This document shows positions 1 through 11,896 of a DNA stretch of 64,000 nucleotides, in pieces (within the stretch, counting starts at the first letter, position 1; each line of letters starts with the position of its first letter). The position numbers were made by a program, and so were the translations under genes. Under the pieces are notes generated by a model that saw only the letters and a program-made list of their open reading frames with translations, had not been told where the DNA came from and did not search any database. Origin of the DNA: Mobula hypostoma (Eukaryota); assembly GCF_963921235.1 (NCBI RefSeq), contig NC_086106.1, forward strand, positions 21,018,001 through 21,082,000, given 5' to 3'.

Positions 1-245
1 GACATGGTTTGAGACTTTGCATCTGAAGGTCAATTCGAGTTCATACGTTAATGCATGTTTTTTCTGCGTGTATGAAAATATATCTTCAATGTTTCTATTA
101 TGGTTGTCATTATACAAAGACTTCACTGGCACACATCACAAATGTTAAATCTGTTTCCTTTTCAATGGAGGTACCTGGCATGATTTTATTGTTTCTATAT
201 TTCTATTTTTTTTTCTTCATTTCAGAGCTATAGTACCTCTAATTA

Positions 246-299
246 TTATTTCATTTTTTTAATTTCATTGTACAGAACTTGGTGTTCCTCAGTGGGATC
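246..299 (-). other. Candidate terminal coding exon (DPTEEHQVLYNEIKKMK*) of an unidentified gene
   Basis: On the minus strand a pyrimidine-rich acceptor (tgctcttgcttatctctccaacag) is followed by a 17-codon phase-0 frame, two TAA stops and AATAAA at 190-185. It carries a V-x-Y-x-x-I motif. No homology check was possible. Confidence 0.35.
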
Positions 300-529
300 C
301 TGTTGGAGAGATAAGCAAGAGCAGCTGTCGGACCGTTGTCGCTGGGTCTCAGCATGATAGTCAACCAGATTACTGCAAAACTCCCTTTAATCTGCGGGTT
401 TGATAGTTGGTCAGTATCGGTGCGCAGAGAGCGTAGAGTACTGTGTTAAGTAGCAGTATGTTTGGAATTCGAGATAGGACTATTTAATTCAAGACGATTA
501 ATGTCCCGCTTTCATTTAGCAATTAAAAG

Positions 530-2280
530 ATACAGAGCAGGCAGAAGACCAGAGAGTGAGGTCCAAGAGGAGGAGGAGTGATGACGGGAGAAGGACTCAT
601 CGGAGTGGAAAAGAGTGTCTTATCCAAAGCAGTAGGTCGGAGGTGTAGGCGGCAAAAGTAAAACGCAGCGTCATGGCGGGCGCGGAACTCACCGAAGTGT
701 GTGCGCAGGGGATAAATGTAGGACACATACGGAGAATAGAACGTTTTCCCTCAGTGAGAGAAAGATCAGAGAGAATGTTGAAGGCCCGGCTCGGATCAGA
801 TGGGGGAAGGGCGTTGGTACTGTCAGAGCAGAGGGGAGGGTTGGGATGTTACGGTCAGGTAAGGTGAGTGGAAGATGGAATCTCCGAGGACCCAAGAGCT
901 AGCGATGGACACTGAGAGACATAGGATTGCAGAGTCGTGGCGGGGGAAATGAAGCAGTGGGATCCACCGGCAGCCCATAATGACCCAGCTTGGAAGTGCG
1001 CTGTCAAGGCAATTATCGGAGTTGCATCTAGTGCAATCAGCTCTTTGAAGGTGCCGGAGTTTGTTGAAATTTGTATTGATGACGGTGGGTTCTAGGGTTT
1101 GAATCTACTCGGGATCCTTAAAACTGTTCAGGTCGGCAGCGTAGGTCACGTTCTGGGGACGTCCGTGCTTGCCAGAGTCGGAGACGGCAGGTTATGAAGT
1201 TTGTAGAGGGGCCATCTTTGGATCCTTGTAGGACGTGAGGAAGTCAAATAACCGGCGATTGAAAAAATTGGATCCCTCGTAGGATAAAGGAGTGTAGTGG
1301 TCCATCGCCGGCAGCGGAGGGACAACCTCAGAGTTGCGGAGGTGACTGAGATAGGGACTCCCGATATATCCTCATGGCGGAATGGGTGGTGCGTAGAGCG
1401 CGGTACTAGAAACAGCAGGAAAAGCAGTCAATTGAATGTAAGTTCCTGGCGTTCTCAGAGGGTCCGAATCGGGAGGCTTCTAAAGGGAGCTGGAAGATAT
1501 GTGGTACAAGCTGACAGCGAAGACGTTTGCAGTCGGGTACGGTGCTGTGGTAGCAGGCCTGGGTGAGTACGCTGTCAAAGTGTTGGAGGTCAGCAGAGGT
1601 ACAAAAAGGGAGCAGTGAGAAAGGGTTTCGCTGAACTTCCGTCGAAGGTAACATGTGAAATTCTTCATAGTAGATATCGCTGGAAGTGACTTCACAGCGT
1701 AGTAGTGCAATCACGACCAAAATAAAATCTGCAAATGCTGGAAATTCAACCAACACCCACAGAAAGCTGTAGTTACTCAGCATGCCAGGCAACATATATG
1801 GAAATGAATTTGGTCGACGTTTGGCGCCGTGACCCTTTTTCGGAAAAAAAAGATGGGAAGCAAGAGTAAGAAAGTGGACGGAGGGAAGGAAGACCCACAA
1901 GGTGTTAGGTAAAACAAGAAGGGGAAGAGAAGTGAAGCGAAGTGCGAGGAATCTGATTGATTAAAGGGATACGGGCCTGGAGAACGCAGAATCGTTTGGG
2001 AAGGAGAGAAGGCCATGTAAGTAAGAAAATGAGGAGGAACACCAGAGAGAAGTGATCGGCAGGTAAGGATGTAAAGTGAGATAGCAAGTAGGGGGCGGGG
2101 TTCATTACCAGAGATCCGAGAAATCGATTATACTGCCATCACGGTGGAAACTACGTAGAATATGAAGTGTTGCTATTGCAGCATCTGCGTGGTCTCATCA
2201 CAAAAGTAGAAGAGCGAATGGACTGACATTTTGGAAAGGTAATGATTAGTGGAAATTAAAATCGGTAGCCACTGGGAGTT
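530..2280 (-). mobile_element. Penelope-like element remnant: GIY-YIG C-terminus and pseudo-LTR followed by the 5' part of the ORF
   Basis: Minus 2280-2100 translates to a degenerate LPVA.HFN...MSVH...QH.IF...DG.NIDF GIY-YIG tail. 1700-1850 is the typical pLTR sequence (aaatgctgg...actcagca...gtcgacgttt). ORF 1406-1900 resembles the start of a ray Penelope ORF. Boundaries approximate. Confidence 0.7.
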
Positions 2281-2689
2281 ACAACCTAATATTCATTTAT
2301 CTTCATATTCCAGCAACTCCCTACATTCCTTCATGGAGCCCTTTGCTTTTTATTCCTTTCCCCACTACTTTTTTTTATCTAATGCAATTCTCTCTGCATC
2401 TGTTCTGCCCTTCATTTCGTTTCTTCTTCCCTTCAGAAAAAAAAAGTCTTTTGGAATTCAGTCTGTGAGAGATAGTCGGTGTCGAGCAATTTAAATTGCT
2501 TAGTCGCATCAACGTGCATGCGCATCATAGTTCTCTGTTACGCTGTCCTCCTGTTTCCTATCCAAACTCCTGTCGAACTCTGAAATCGAGGTCGCATTGC
2601 ATTGCCAGCTCGTTCGGCGCTCTCACGAATCTCTGAGTTAAAAAAAAAAATCCACTATGTTGGGATTTTTTTTTTTTAACTTTATACAC

Positions 2690-3440
2690 TTAACGCTTAA
2701 CCTCTAATTGAAGGCTGACCAAACCTCAGTGGAAAAACCTGTTTGTTCTTACTCGATCTAAACCCCTCTTAATTTTATGTGTGTCCGTCAAGTCATCCCT
2801 CAATCTTCTACGTTCCAAGTGGGCGGGGGGGTGGGGGAGTCTTAATCTATTATTTTTTTTTTTCCTTATAACTCACGTCGTCCTGTCCTTGCAATATTTC
2901 TGTCTATTCGTTCAACCTTAGTTAGATCTAACCTTTAGGCAGGTGACCAAAACAGCACGCACGACTCCAAATTAGGTCTCAACAACGTCTTTTAAAACTC
3001 CAACATAACATCCCATCTCCTAAACTCATCACTTTGATTTATGAACGCCAATGTGCTGAAAGCTGTCTATACGCCGCCATCGAACTGATGTGCCACGTTC
3101 AATAAATTATGGAGCAGTATTTCCAGATCCCTTTGTTTGATCGCACTCTTCAGTGGCATACCGTTCACGGCAAGGTTCTTAGCATAGTTACTCCTACCGC
3201 ATTTTTCTGCATTAAATTTGATCTGTCATTTTCAGCCCATTTTTCCAACGGGCCCAATTCCCTCTGCAAGCTTCAATGGTCTTCCTCGTTGTCCACTACA
3301 CCGTCAGTCTTGGTGTTATCCGCCAATTTGCTAATCCAGTTAACCACATTATCATTTAGATCATTGATACAGACGAGAAAAAAAAACAAGAGATCAAATA
3401 CGGATCCCTGCAGCACACCACTGCTCAACGGCTGCAATTC
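2690..3440 (-). mobile_element. CR1-clade LINE fragment (RT C-terminus and 3' region)
   Basis: ORF 3273-3494 has SGVLQGSVFDLLFF..INDL...ISKLADNTK, a degenerate CR1 RT motif (SGVPQGSVLGP...SKFADDTK). Confidence 0.7.
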
Positions 3441-4985
3441 AGGGACGGGGGGGCGGGGGGGTGTGCGGGGGGTGCAGGGGCGGGGGTGGTTCAAACTCTA
3501 GCTTCTTCGACAAAGCCAATATGTAATACAATCTACTTTCTCATCATGAATGCTGAGCGATTAAGCCTTCATGCCCTATCTCCCAAGAGAGACCCATTCA
3601 AAAACATTACTAACCATAAAGCACAGGAGCAGAATTAATCCATTCAGCACATCAGGTCTGCTCCGCCATTTCATCATAGCTGACCCCGGACCCCATTCAA
3701 ACAAACACAGCTGTTTTTTTTTGATATATCCTTTGATGTCCTGACCAGTCAGGAAACGATCAACGTCCGGTTTAAATATAAGCACGGATTTGGCCTTCAG
3801 CACAGTCAACGGCAGAACGATCCTCAAATATTTTGCTCTCTGGCTGAGATAATTCCTCCTTTCCTCTGTCGTAAAGGGTCGCCCCTGAATTTTGAGGCTG
3901 TTCGCTCTGGATCTTGATGCTCCCACCTTAGGACGCTACCTCTCCGCATCTACCCAATCGAGAACTTTCAACTTTCGGTAGTTTTCAATCAGATGCTGCC
4001 CATGCTCACTCGCTCGCGCATACTTCTAAGTTCGAGTGAGTAGGGGCCCAAAACTCTCCTTGTTTTTTCAGACTTTCCGTGCAGGAAATATTCTCGTGAA
4101 CCTCCTCTGAACTTTCGCCAATGGCAACACAGCCTTTCTATGATAAGGGACCAAAAGCTATTGACAATACTCCACGTGCGGCCTAACTTGTGTCTTATAA
4201 AGGGTCAGAATTATGTCCCTGCTCTTATATTCTGTTCTCCATGAAATAAATTCTAATATTGTATTTTCCTGATTCAGCACAGATTGAACCTGTAAATTAA
4301 CTTTCTAAGATTCTTGCACGAGGACTCTTCAGTTCCTCTGCGATGATGATGTTTGAAACGTCTCCCCATTCAGATAATAGTCACACTGTTAATTTTTCAA
4401 TTAATGCACTATCATACTGTTCCCAGCTCTGTATGCCATCTGCCACTCTTTAGCTCATTCTTCCAAATTGTCCGATTCCTGCTGCAATCACGTTGCTTCT
4501 TGAACACTACCTTCTCCTCCAGCTATCTTCATATCATCCGTAAACTTTTCCACAAAGCCATCAATTTCATTAACTAAATCATTGACAAGCAATGTGAAAA
4601 GTACCGGTACCAATACTGACACCCTGACCAACAACACTAGTCACAAGCAGCCAACCAGCAAAAGCCCCTGGTATTCCCACTCACTGTCTACTGCTTGCAA
4701 GCCACTCTGTTATCCATGCCAGTATCTTTTCCGTAACGCCATAGGGATTTAACTTGCTAAGCAGTCGCATGTGCTACAACTTATCAAACGCCTTCTGAAC
4801 ATCCAAGTAGATGACAGCCACTGATACTGCATTGTCCACTCAGCTTGTTACTTTTTCGATGAACTCCAGCAGATTTGTCCGGCAAGTTTTCTATTTGGAG
4901 AAGCCATACAGATTTTTATTTATTTTCTTATTAATCTTCAATTACCTCGAAACCTCATCCTTATTAAAACGTTCCCGACCACAGA

Positions 4986-5198
4986 CACACGAGGAATTCT
5001 GCAGATGATGGAAATTCAAGCAACACACATCAAAGTTGCTGGTGAACGCAGCAGGCCAGGCAGCGTCTCTAGGAAGAGGTACAGTCGACGTTTCGGACCG
5101 AGTCCTGACGAAAGGTCTCGGCCCAAAACGTCGACTGTATCTCTTCCTTGAGATGCTGCCTGGCCTGCTGCGTTCACCAGCAACTTTGATGTGTGTTG
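4986..5198. mobile_element. 213-bp Penelope pLTR-derived hairpin insertion with 12-bp TSD
   Basis: 83-bp inverted arms (5020-5102 and 5117-5199, 5 mismatches, 14-nt loop). The direct repeat cccgaccacaga lies at 4974-4985 and 5199-5210. Confidence 0.85.
5101..5136 (+). ncRNA. Minimal (dimer-type) hammerhead ribozyme motif, degenerate
   Basis: AGTC-CTGACGA-aaggtctcggccc-AAAACGTC-GACT. Stem I is AGTC/GACT, the core is CUGANGA, and stem III is palindromic ACGT. GAAA has become AAAA and stem II has one mismatch. Confidence 0.6.
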
Positions 5199-5829
5199 CC
5201 CGACCACAGATGTTAGGCTAACTGACCTATAATTTATTTTATTGTGCCTACGTAACTTCGTAAAGAGTTGAGTGAAATTTCCAATCTTCCAGTAATCAGC
5301 TATGGATATCTAAGCCTTCCATTTGTCAACTTCTTCCTCTGTGGGACAAATCTATCCTGTGCCTTGTGAATTATTGCCAGAAACTTCAGCCGTTCCTTCT
5401 CTGCCATCATCTCCGCCAGTATCCTCTTCCAATTCACCTGGGCAAGCTCCTTTGTCATGCCTCTGTCATTCCTTTTCTTCCCATTGCGATACAGATACAT
5501 ATGTCTTATACTTCTCCCTGTCAAATTTTATTATGAATTTAATCATTTTATGAACACTGCAGCCCAGGGGATCCTTTACGTTAAGCTTCCGAATAAGAGC
5601 TGCGTTATTAAACAACACGGAATTTAAGATAGCCTTTCCCGGAATAGACTGACGCACAGTCTTCTCTCAAAAGCCGTCTCGTAGGCTTTCACAAATTCCC
5701 TGTTTCATGATACACCAACCTGATATTCCCAATCCACTATGTAGGCCATGCCTGTAACATCCTCTGTCTTGACCTTTTGTGGTTCTACCCTGAGTAATTG
5801 TTCTGCCCTAACAGGAACGTATTAATTAT

Positions 5830-6470
5830 ACCTCATTCTTTCTTTGAAGATTCCCAGTCATCCCGGCGATTGTATTTCAAGCAGAAGTAATGCAAGGCAA
5901 CTGGAGGTACTGTGTTCTCTGGAAGACGTTCTCACACTAATTAGAGAAGCTTCTTCAGATCTGATCAATGCTGGGTAGTTGTCCGGCATATAAACTCTGT
6001 AAATTGTATAAATGTATAGCAATCACATGAGGATTGGTAAAAATCGCAGAGGTAATGAAAAGTAAAAGCTGGCCCAATATAGGAGGGCTAACAGTTCAGG
6101 TCAAAACTGGACTGTATATCTTCACCTAAGAATAAGGGACACTCCTTTGATGATAACGTGTACATATTTTGGACAGAGAGGACAGGTTGTTTAAAAGAAT
6201 AGTGAAAAAAGCAATCTTTGTCAAACTGGAAAACCCACCCTGAACAGAAGGGATGGGGTAAGACATTGTGTAAGAGCTGCTTACAATGCAGTCTTAACAT
6301 CTGTACACTGGTGTCTCCAGAACAGTTCACACTCCAGTCATGCAAAGTGAAGTCTAATGACCTTCAGATTATATTTATGACACTTAAAGACCCTGATGTG
6401 ATTGCTTTACTTTTAAACAACCCACCGGGTTTATAAGCTGGAAAATCAGTCATTGAAGATGGACTGGAAG
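5830..6470 (+). mobile_element. Second Penelope family fragment (GIY-YIG C-terminus plus inverted pLTR)
   Basis: About 6090-6300 gives a degenerate SGQNSAVYLHL..KGHSF...DREDR.F.R.VKEAIFVKLE.P.LNR. A decayed hammerhead core lies on the minus strand at 5925-5958. Confidence 0.65.
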
Positions 6471-6584
6471 TTTTATCGATGTATTTGTTGACAGTGTCCT
6501 ATTATTGGGAGTATCCTCCGGAATACCTCACATAGTTTATCTCTGACGGAAACAATCGGGTTATATTACTGTAGCCGCTTTTAC

Positions 6585-6608
6585 CCCTGGTGTATTACTA
6601 TTTGCAGT
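6585..6608 (-). other. Candidate 24-nt phase-0 micro-exon (TANSNTPG)
   Basis: Minus strand shows a tandem TACTGAC branch-point-like motif, a long pyrimidine tract (tttcttttggtttgttttctcccag), 24 nt, then GGG|GTAAAA. It lies in a non-repeat island between two retroelements. Confidence 0.3.
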
Positions 6609-6749
6609 CTGGGAGAAAACAAACCAAAAGAAACACAGAATATGCACGCAGCTGGTCAGTAAGTCAGTAAGACTTTGCTCAATGGAACGACAAAACAGAT
6701 ATTCTACCATCTGGGCAATAATACAGCAACCAATATACGAACGTACTTA

Positions 6750-9700
6750 GAGCATAAGACCATAAGAAAAAGGGACAGAGTTGGCCATTCGGCCCATCGA
6801 GTCTGCTCCGCCATTTTATCATAAGCTGATCCATTCTCCCATCTAGTCCCACTCCCCCGCCTTCTCACCATAATCATTGATACCCTGGCTACTCAGATAC
6901 CTAACAATCTCTGCCTTAAATACACCCAATGACTAGGCCTCCACTGCTGCCCGTGGCAACAAATTCCATAGATTCACCACCCTCTGACTAAAACAAAATC
7001 TTCGCATTTCTGTTCTGAATGGGCGCCCTTCAATCCTTAAGTCACGCTCTCTCGTACTAGACTCCCCCATCATGAGAAACAACTTTGCCACATCCACTCT
7101 ATCTATGCCTTTCAACATTCGAAATGTTTCTATGAGGTCTCCCCTCATTCTTCTAAACTCCAAGGAATGCAGTCCAAGAGCAGACAAACGTTTCTCAAAT
7201 GTTAACCCCCTCATTCACAGAACCATTCTCGTGAATGTTCTCTGTATCCTCTCCAACCTCAGTAAATCCTTTCACAAATAAGGAGACCAAAACTGTCCAC
7301 AATACTCCAAGTGAGGTCTCACCAGCGCCTTATAGAGCCTCAACACCACATCCCTGCTCCTGTAATCTATTCCTCTAGAAATGAATGCCAACATTGCATT
7401 CAACTTCTTCACTACTGGCTCAACCTGGAAGTTAACTTTGAGGGTATCCTGTACGAGGACTCCCAAGTCCCGTTGCATCTCCGAACTTTGACTTCTTCCT
7501 CCATTTAAATAATAGTCTGCCGGTTTATTTTTTTTTATGCCAAAGTGCATAACCATACACTTTCCAACATTGTACTTCCTTTGCCACTTCACTGCCCATT
7601 CTTCCAAACTATCCAAGTTTTTCTGCAGACTCTCCGTTTCCTCAGCACTACCGGCCCCTCCACCTATCTTTGTACCGTCAGCAAACTTAGCCACAAAGCC
7701 ATCTATTCCATAATCCAAATCGTTGATCTACATTGTAAAAAGAAGCGGTCCCAACATGGACCCCAGTGGAACAACACTGGTAAACGGCAGCCAACCGGAA
7801 TAGGATCCCTTTATTCCAACTCTATGTTTCTTGCCAATCAGCCAACGCTCTATCGCCGTATGTAACTTTCCCGTAATTCAATGGGCTCTTATCTTGTTAA
7901 GGAGCCTCATGCGTGGCCCCTTGTCAGAAGCCTTCTGAAAATCCAAATATACAACACCCACTACATCTCCCTTGTCCAGCCTATTGGTAATTTCCTCAAA
8001 AAATTGTAATAGGTTTGTCAGGCAAGATTTTTCTTTAAGAAATTCATGCTGAGTTCTGCCTATCTTTTCATATGCCTCCAGGTACTCTGTGACTTCATCC
8101 TTGAAAATCGACGCCAACAACTTCCCAAACACCGATGCCAAGCTAACAGGTCTAAAATTTCCTTTTTGCTTCCTTGCCCCCTTCTTAAAAAGCGGAGTGA
8201 CATTTGCAAGCTTCCAGTCCTCCGGAGCCATGCCAGAGTTCATCCACTTTTGAAAGATCATCGCTGATGCCTCCGCAATCTCCACAGCTACTTCCTTCAG
8301 AATGCCGGCTGCATTCCATCTTGTCCGGGAGTTTTATCTACCTTTAGACTTTTCAGCTTCCTGAGTACTTTCTCTGTCGTTTAATTGTGACTGCGCACAC
8401 TTCTCTTTCCTGCCACTCTTGAGTGTCCGATATACTGCTGATGTCTTCCTCAGTGAAAATTGATGCAAAATGTGCGTTCGGTACCTCTGCCATCTCCTTA
8501 TCTCCCATTACAATTTCTGCAGCATCATTTTCTATCGGTCCTATATCTAATCTCAACAGTCTTTTACTCTTTGTGTACTTGAAAATGTTTTAGTATCCTC
8601 TTTGATATCATTTGCTAGCTTCCTTTCATAGTTAATCTTTTCCCTCTAAATGACCTTCTTGGTTTCCTTTTGTAAGATTTTAAAAAGTTCCCAATCGCCT
8701 GTCTTCCCACTACTTTTTTGCTTCCTTGTATGCCTTCTCCTTTGCTTTAACTTTGGCTTTGACTTCTCTTGTCAACCATGGTTGCATCCTTTACCCACTC
8801 TAAAATTTCTTCTTTTTTGGAATATACCTGTCTTGCACCTTCCTCACTTCTCACATAAACTCCACCCACTGCTGCTCTGCTGTCTTTCCCAGTAGTGTCC
8901 CTTTCCAGTCAACTGTGGCCAGTTCCTCTCTCAAGCCACTGTAATTTCCTTTACTCCACTGAAATACCGACACATCAGATTTCGGCTTCTCTTTTTTCCA
9001 AATTTCACAGAGAACTCAATCATGTTATGATCACTGCCTTCCAAGGGTTCCTTCACCTCAATCTCCATATCACATCCAGTTCATTACACAGTACCCAATC
9101 CAGTACAGCCGATCCCATAGTGGGCTCAACAACAAACTATTCGAAAAACCATCTTGCAGACATTCTACAAATTCTCTCTCTTGAGATCCAGTGCCGACCT
9201 GATTTTCCCAATCCACTCGCATGTTAAAATCCCCCACAATTTTCACAGCACTGCCCTTCTGACAAGCCTTCTCTATTTCCAGTTGCAACTTGTAGTCCAT
9301 ATCCCTGCAGCTGTTTGGAGGCCTATAAATAACTGCCATCAGGGTCCTTTTACCCCTGATATTTCTCAGCTGAACCCATAAAGATTCTGCACCTTCCGAT
9401 CCCATATCACGTCTTTCTGATGATTTAATATCAGTTTTACCAATAAAGCCACGGCACCCCCTCTGCCTAGCTTCCTACCCTTCCGATACACCGTGCATCA
9501 TTGGACGTTCAGCTCCCAGAGACATGCATCCTTTAGTCAGGTCTCAGTGATGGCCACAATATCATAGCTGCCAATCTGTAGCTGTACAAGATAATCCACT
9601 TTATTCCTTATGCTGCGTGCACTTAAGCATAACACCTGAAAACCAGTATTTGGTACTTTTCGCTTCGATTTCACTGCAACTTTATTGCACTGCAACTCAT

Positions 9701-11045
9701 TCCAATGGCTACAAATTTGCCCCATCACTAGCTTGTCTTTCCTGACATCTTAACTGCTCATTATCTTAGATCTATTTCTGTTTTCCCCTACCTCCGCTCT
9801 GTCATTCTGGTTCCCATCCCCCTGCCAAATTACATTAAACCCTCCCTAACAGTTGAATTAAACTTTCCCGCCAGGACATTGGTCCCCTTTGGGTTCAGGT
9901 GTAAGCTGTCCTTTTTGAACAGGTCATGCTTCCCCCAGAAGTGATCCCAATTATCCAAGAATCTGAAGCCCCGCCCCCTACACCAGTCTCTCAGCCACGC
10001 ATTCATCTCCCTGATCCTGCTATTCTTTCCCTCGCTAGCACGTGGCACAGTAGCAATCCCGAGATTACTACCCTGGAGGTCCTGCTTCTCCGCTTCCTTC
10101 CTAACTCCTGTAAATCTCTCTCAGGACCTCCTACTTTGTCCTCTCTCTGTCATTGGTACCAACATGTACCAAGCCAACTGGCTGCTCACCGTACCCCTTC
10201 AGAATATTCAGGACCTGATCCGAGACATCCCGTACCCTGGCACCTGGGAGGCAACTCACCATGCGGGTAGCTCTATCAGACTCACAGCATCTCCTGTCCG
10301 TTCCCCTGACTATGGAATCCCCTACGACTACCGCATTTCTCTTTTCCCTCCTTCTCTCCTGCACAAGAGCGCCAAGCTCAGTGCCAGAGACCCGGTCACC
10401 GTGGGCGTCCCCTGTCAGGTTATCCCCTCAACAGCATCCGGCACAAGATATTTGTTGCTGAGGGGGACAGCCACAGGTGTGCTCTCCACTATCCGGGCAT
10501 TTCCCTTCCCTCTCTTGACAGTGACCCTGTATTCTGCTCCCTGTAGCCTAGGGATGACTACCTCCCTGTAGCTCCTGTCTATCACATCTTCACTTTCCCT
10601 AATAAACAGTAGGTCATCAAGCTGCAGCTCCATATCCCTACAACGGTCTCTGAGGAGTTGCATCTCGCTGCATCCGGCGCTGATGTGGCCATCCGGGAGG
10701 CTAGAGGTCTCCCAGGATTCCCACATCTGACACTCTGATAAACGACTAACCCTGCAGACATGCTATCTCATTCATCAGGAATGAAACTGGAAAAATAGAT
10801 CTACTCACCCACTTACCTCACCAGACAAACGGACTTTTTAAACGGTTAGCTCTTACCTTTAGCTGTGTGAGACCTACTGTTCCTGTCTGTCCGAGACGAT
10901 TAGCGAAAGGGGGCGGGGGGCGGGTGGAGGAGAAGAAAAAGAGTTGGTGCTTCGCTCTCGCCTCTTCCCGTTCACCGCCGAAGTCCGTTGAAGCTAAAGG
11001 CCTACACTCTGCTCCCACTCACTCTGCTGCCCGCTCCGACAGCTG
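6750..11045 (-). mobile_element. Near full-length degenerate CR1-clade LINE (SGNH-esterase ORF1, APE and RT ORF2)
   Basis: ORF1 esterase motifs (VVGDSIVRG, VHVGTND; 9830-10726), endonuclease motifs (IVAITET, YRPPN, GDFN; 9070-9728) and RT motifs (KFADGTK, LYKALVRPHLEYC; 6933-8285). Several frameshifts. Confidence 0.9.
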
Positions 11046-11448
11046 CCCTCTGTATAGGGTCGACCATGTTTCGATGGATCATGTCTTGCTGCGTGAAAGG
11101 CTTTTAATGTTTGTATACATGCATTTTGTACTGACATTGTCGCAAAGGTAAAGGAAAATTAATTTCTCAGTTAAAATCTCCGGACTCATATTAGAAATGA
11201 TTATAACGTTTACCTTCTAGATCACCAGCGGCCAATTACGTGTAAGATATATCCTTGACTCGTATTTCTTCTTTCTTTAAGAGCCTTGAATCATAGTCGT
11301 CTCCAGATTACATACCAGTGAGACGAACTCTTGTGCTTTCGACTTATAGTTTTATGCCTTGGATGGCCTGACCCGATTATGCAATTTTCGGATTTGTTTA
11401 AAATTCTGCTCACCTGCAATTCAGCGTCTTTATGAAGGGGATGAATAG

Positions 11449-11645
11449 GTGGCGAGACACGGTAGCGTTGTGTTTAACACAACGCTTTACATTATAGAAG
11501 ACTCTGGTTCAATTCTCACCGCTGCCTGTAAGGTATTTGTGTGTTTTTCCCGTCACCACGTGGATTTACTGCAGCTGTTCTAGGCCAAAGTCGTACTAGT
11601 TTGTAGATTAATTTGAGGTTTTAACTTGTCCCCAGATTAGGCTCG
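11449..11645 (+). mobile_element. tRNA-derived elasmobranch SINE (HE1-like), decayed
   Basis: ggcgagacacggtagcg...ggttcaattctcaccgctgcctgtaagg...ttcccgtcaccacgtgg, with A-box-like and B-box-like motifs. Paralog at 28624-28820. Confidence 0.7.
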
Positions 11646-11717
11646 AGCTATAATTAAGAATGCTGGGCAGACTGGCTCGAAGTGCTGAAAGAACCTTCTG
11701 TTCGCTGTTTCGGAATA

Positions 11718-11896
11718 NNNNNNNNNNNNNNNNNNNNNNNNNNNNNNNNNNNNNNNNNNNNNNNNNNNNNNNNNNNNNNNNNNNNNNNNNNNNNNNNNNN
11801 NNNNNNNNNNNNNNNNNNNNNNNNNNNNNNNNNNNNNNNNNNNNNNNNNNNNNNNNNNNNNNNNNNNNNNNNNNNNNNNNNNNNNNNNNNNNNNNN
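11718..11896. other. Assembly gap (179 N)
   Basis: Run of N. Confidence 1.

Larger units (their letters stand above)
3612..5740 (-). mobile_element. Decayed CR1-clade LINE, interrupted at 4986-5198
   Basis: CR1 3' end (accataaagcacaggagcagaatt), RT remnants and EN-linker remnants (ORFs 3576-3926, 5300-5524, 5466-5657). Confidence 0.7.

Noticed and set aside
3443-3490. G-rich tract with G-quadruplex potential (also 2819-2838 and the C-tract at 60837-60863)
   Set aside because: Low-complexity runs at repeat boundaries with no supporting context.
5016-5221. Near-identical ORFs on both strands (LVNAAGQAAS...)
   Set aside because: They are an artefact of the inverted repeat, not protein-coding.
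11630-11717. TATAAT followed by GTGCT... before the gap as a possible U6 or RNase MRP-type Pol III gene
   Set aside because: Similarity to known snRNA 5' ends is only a few bases and is not kept in copy 2.
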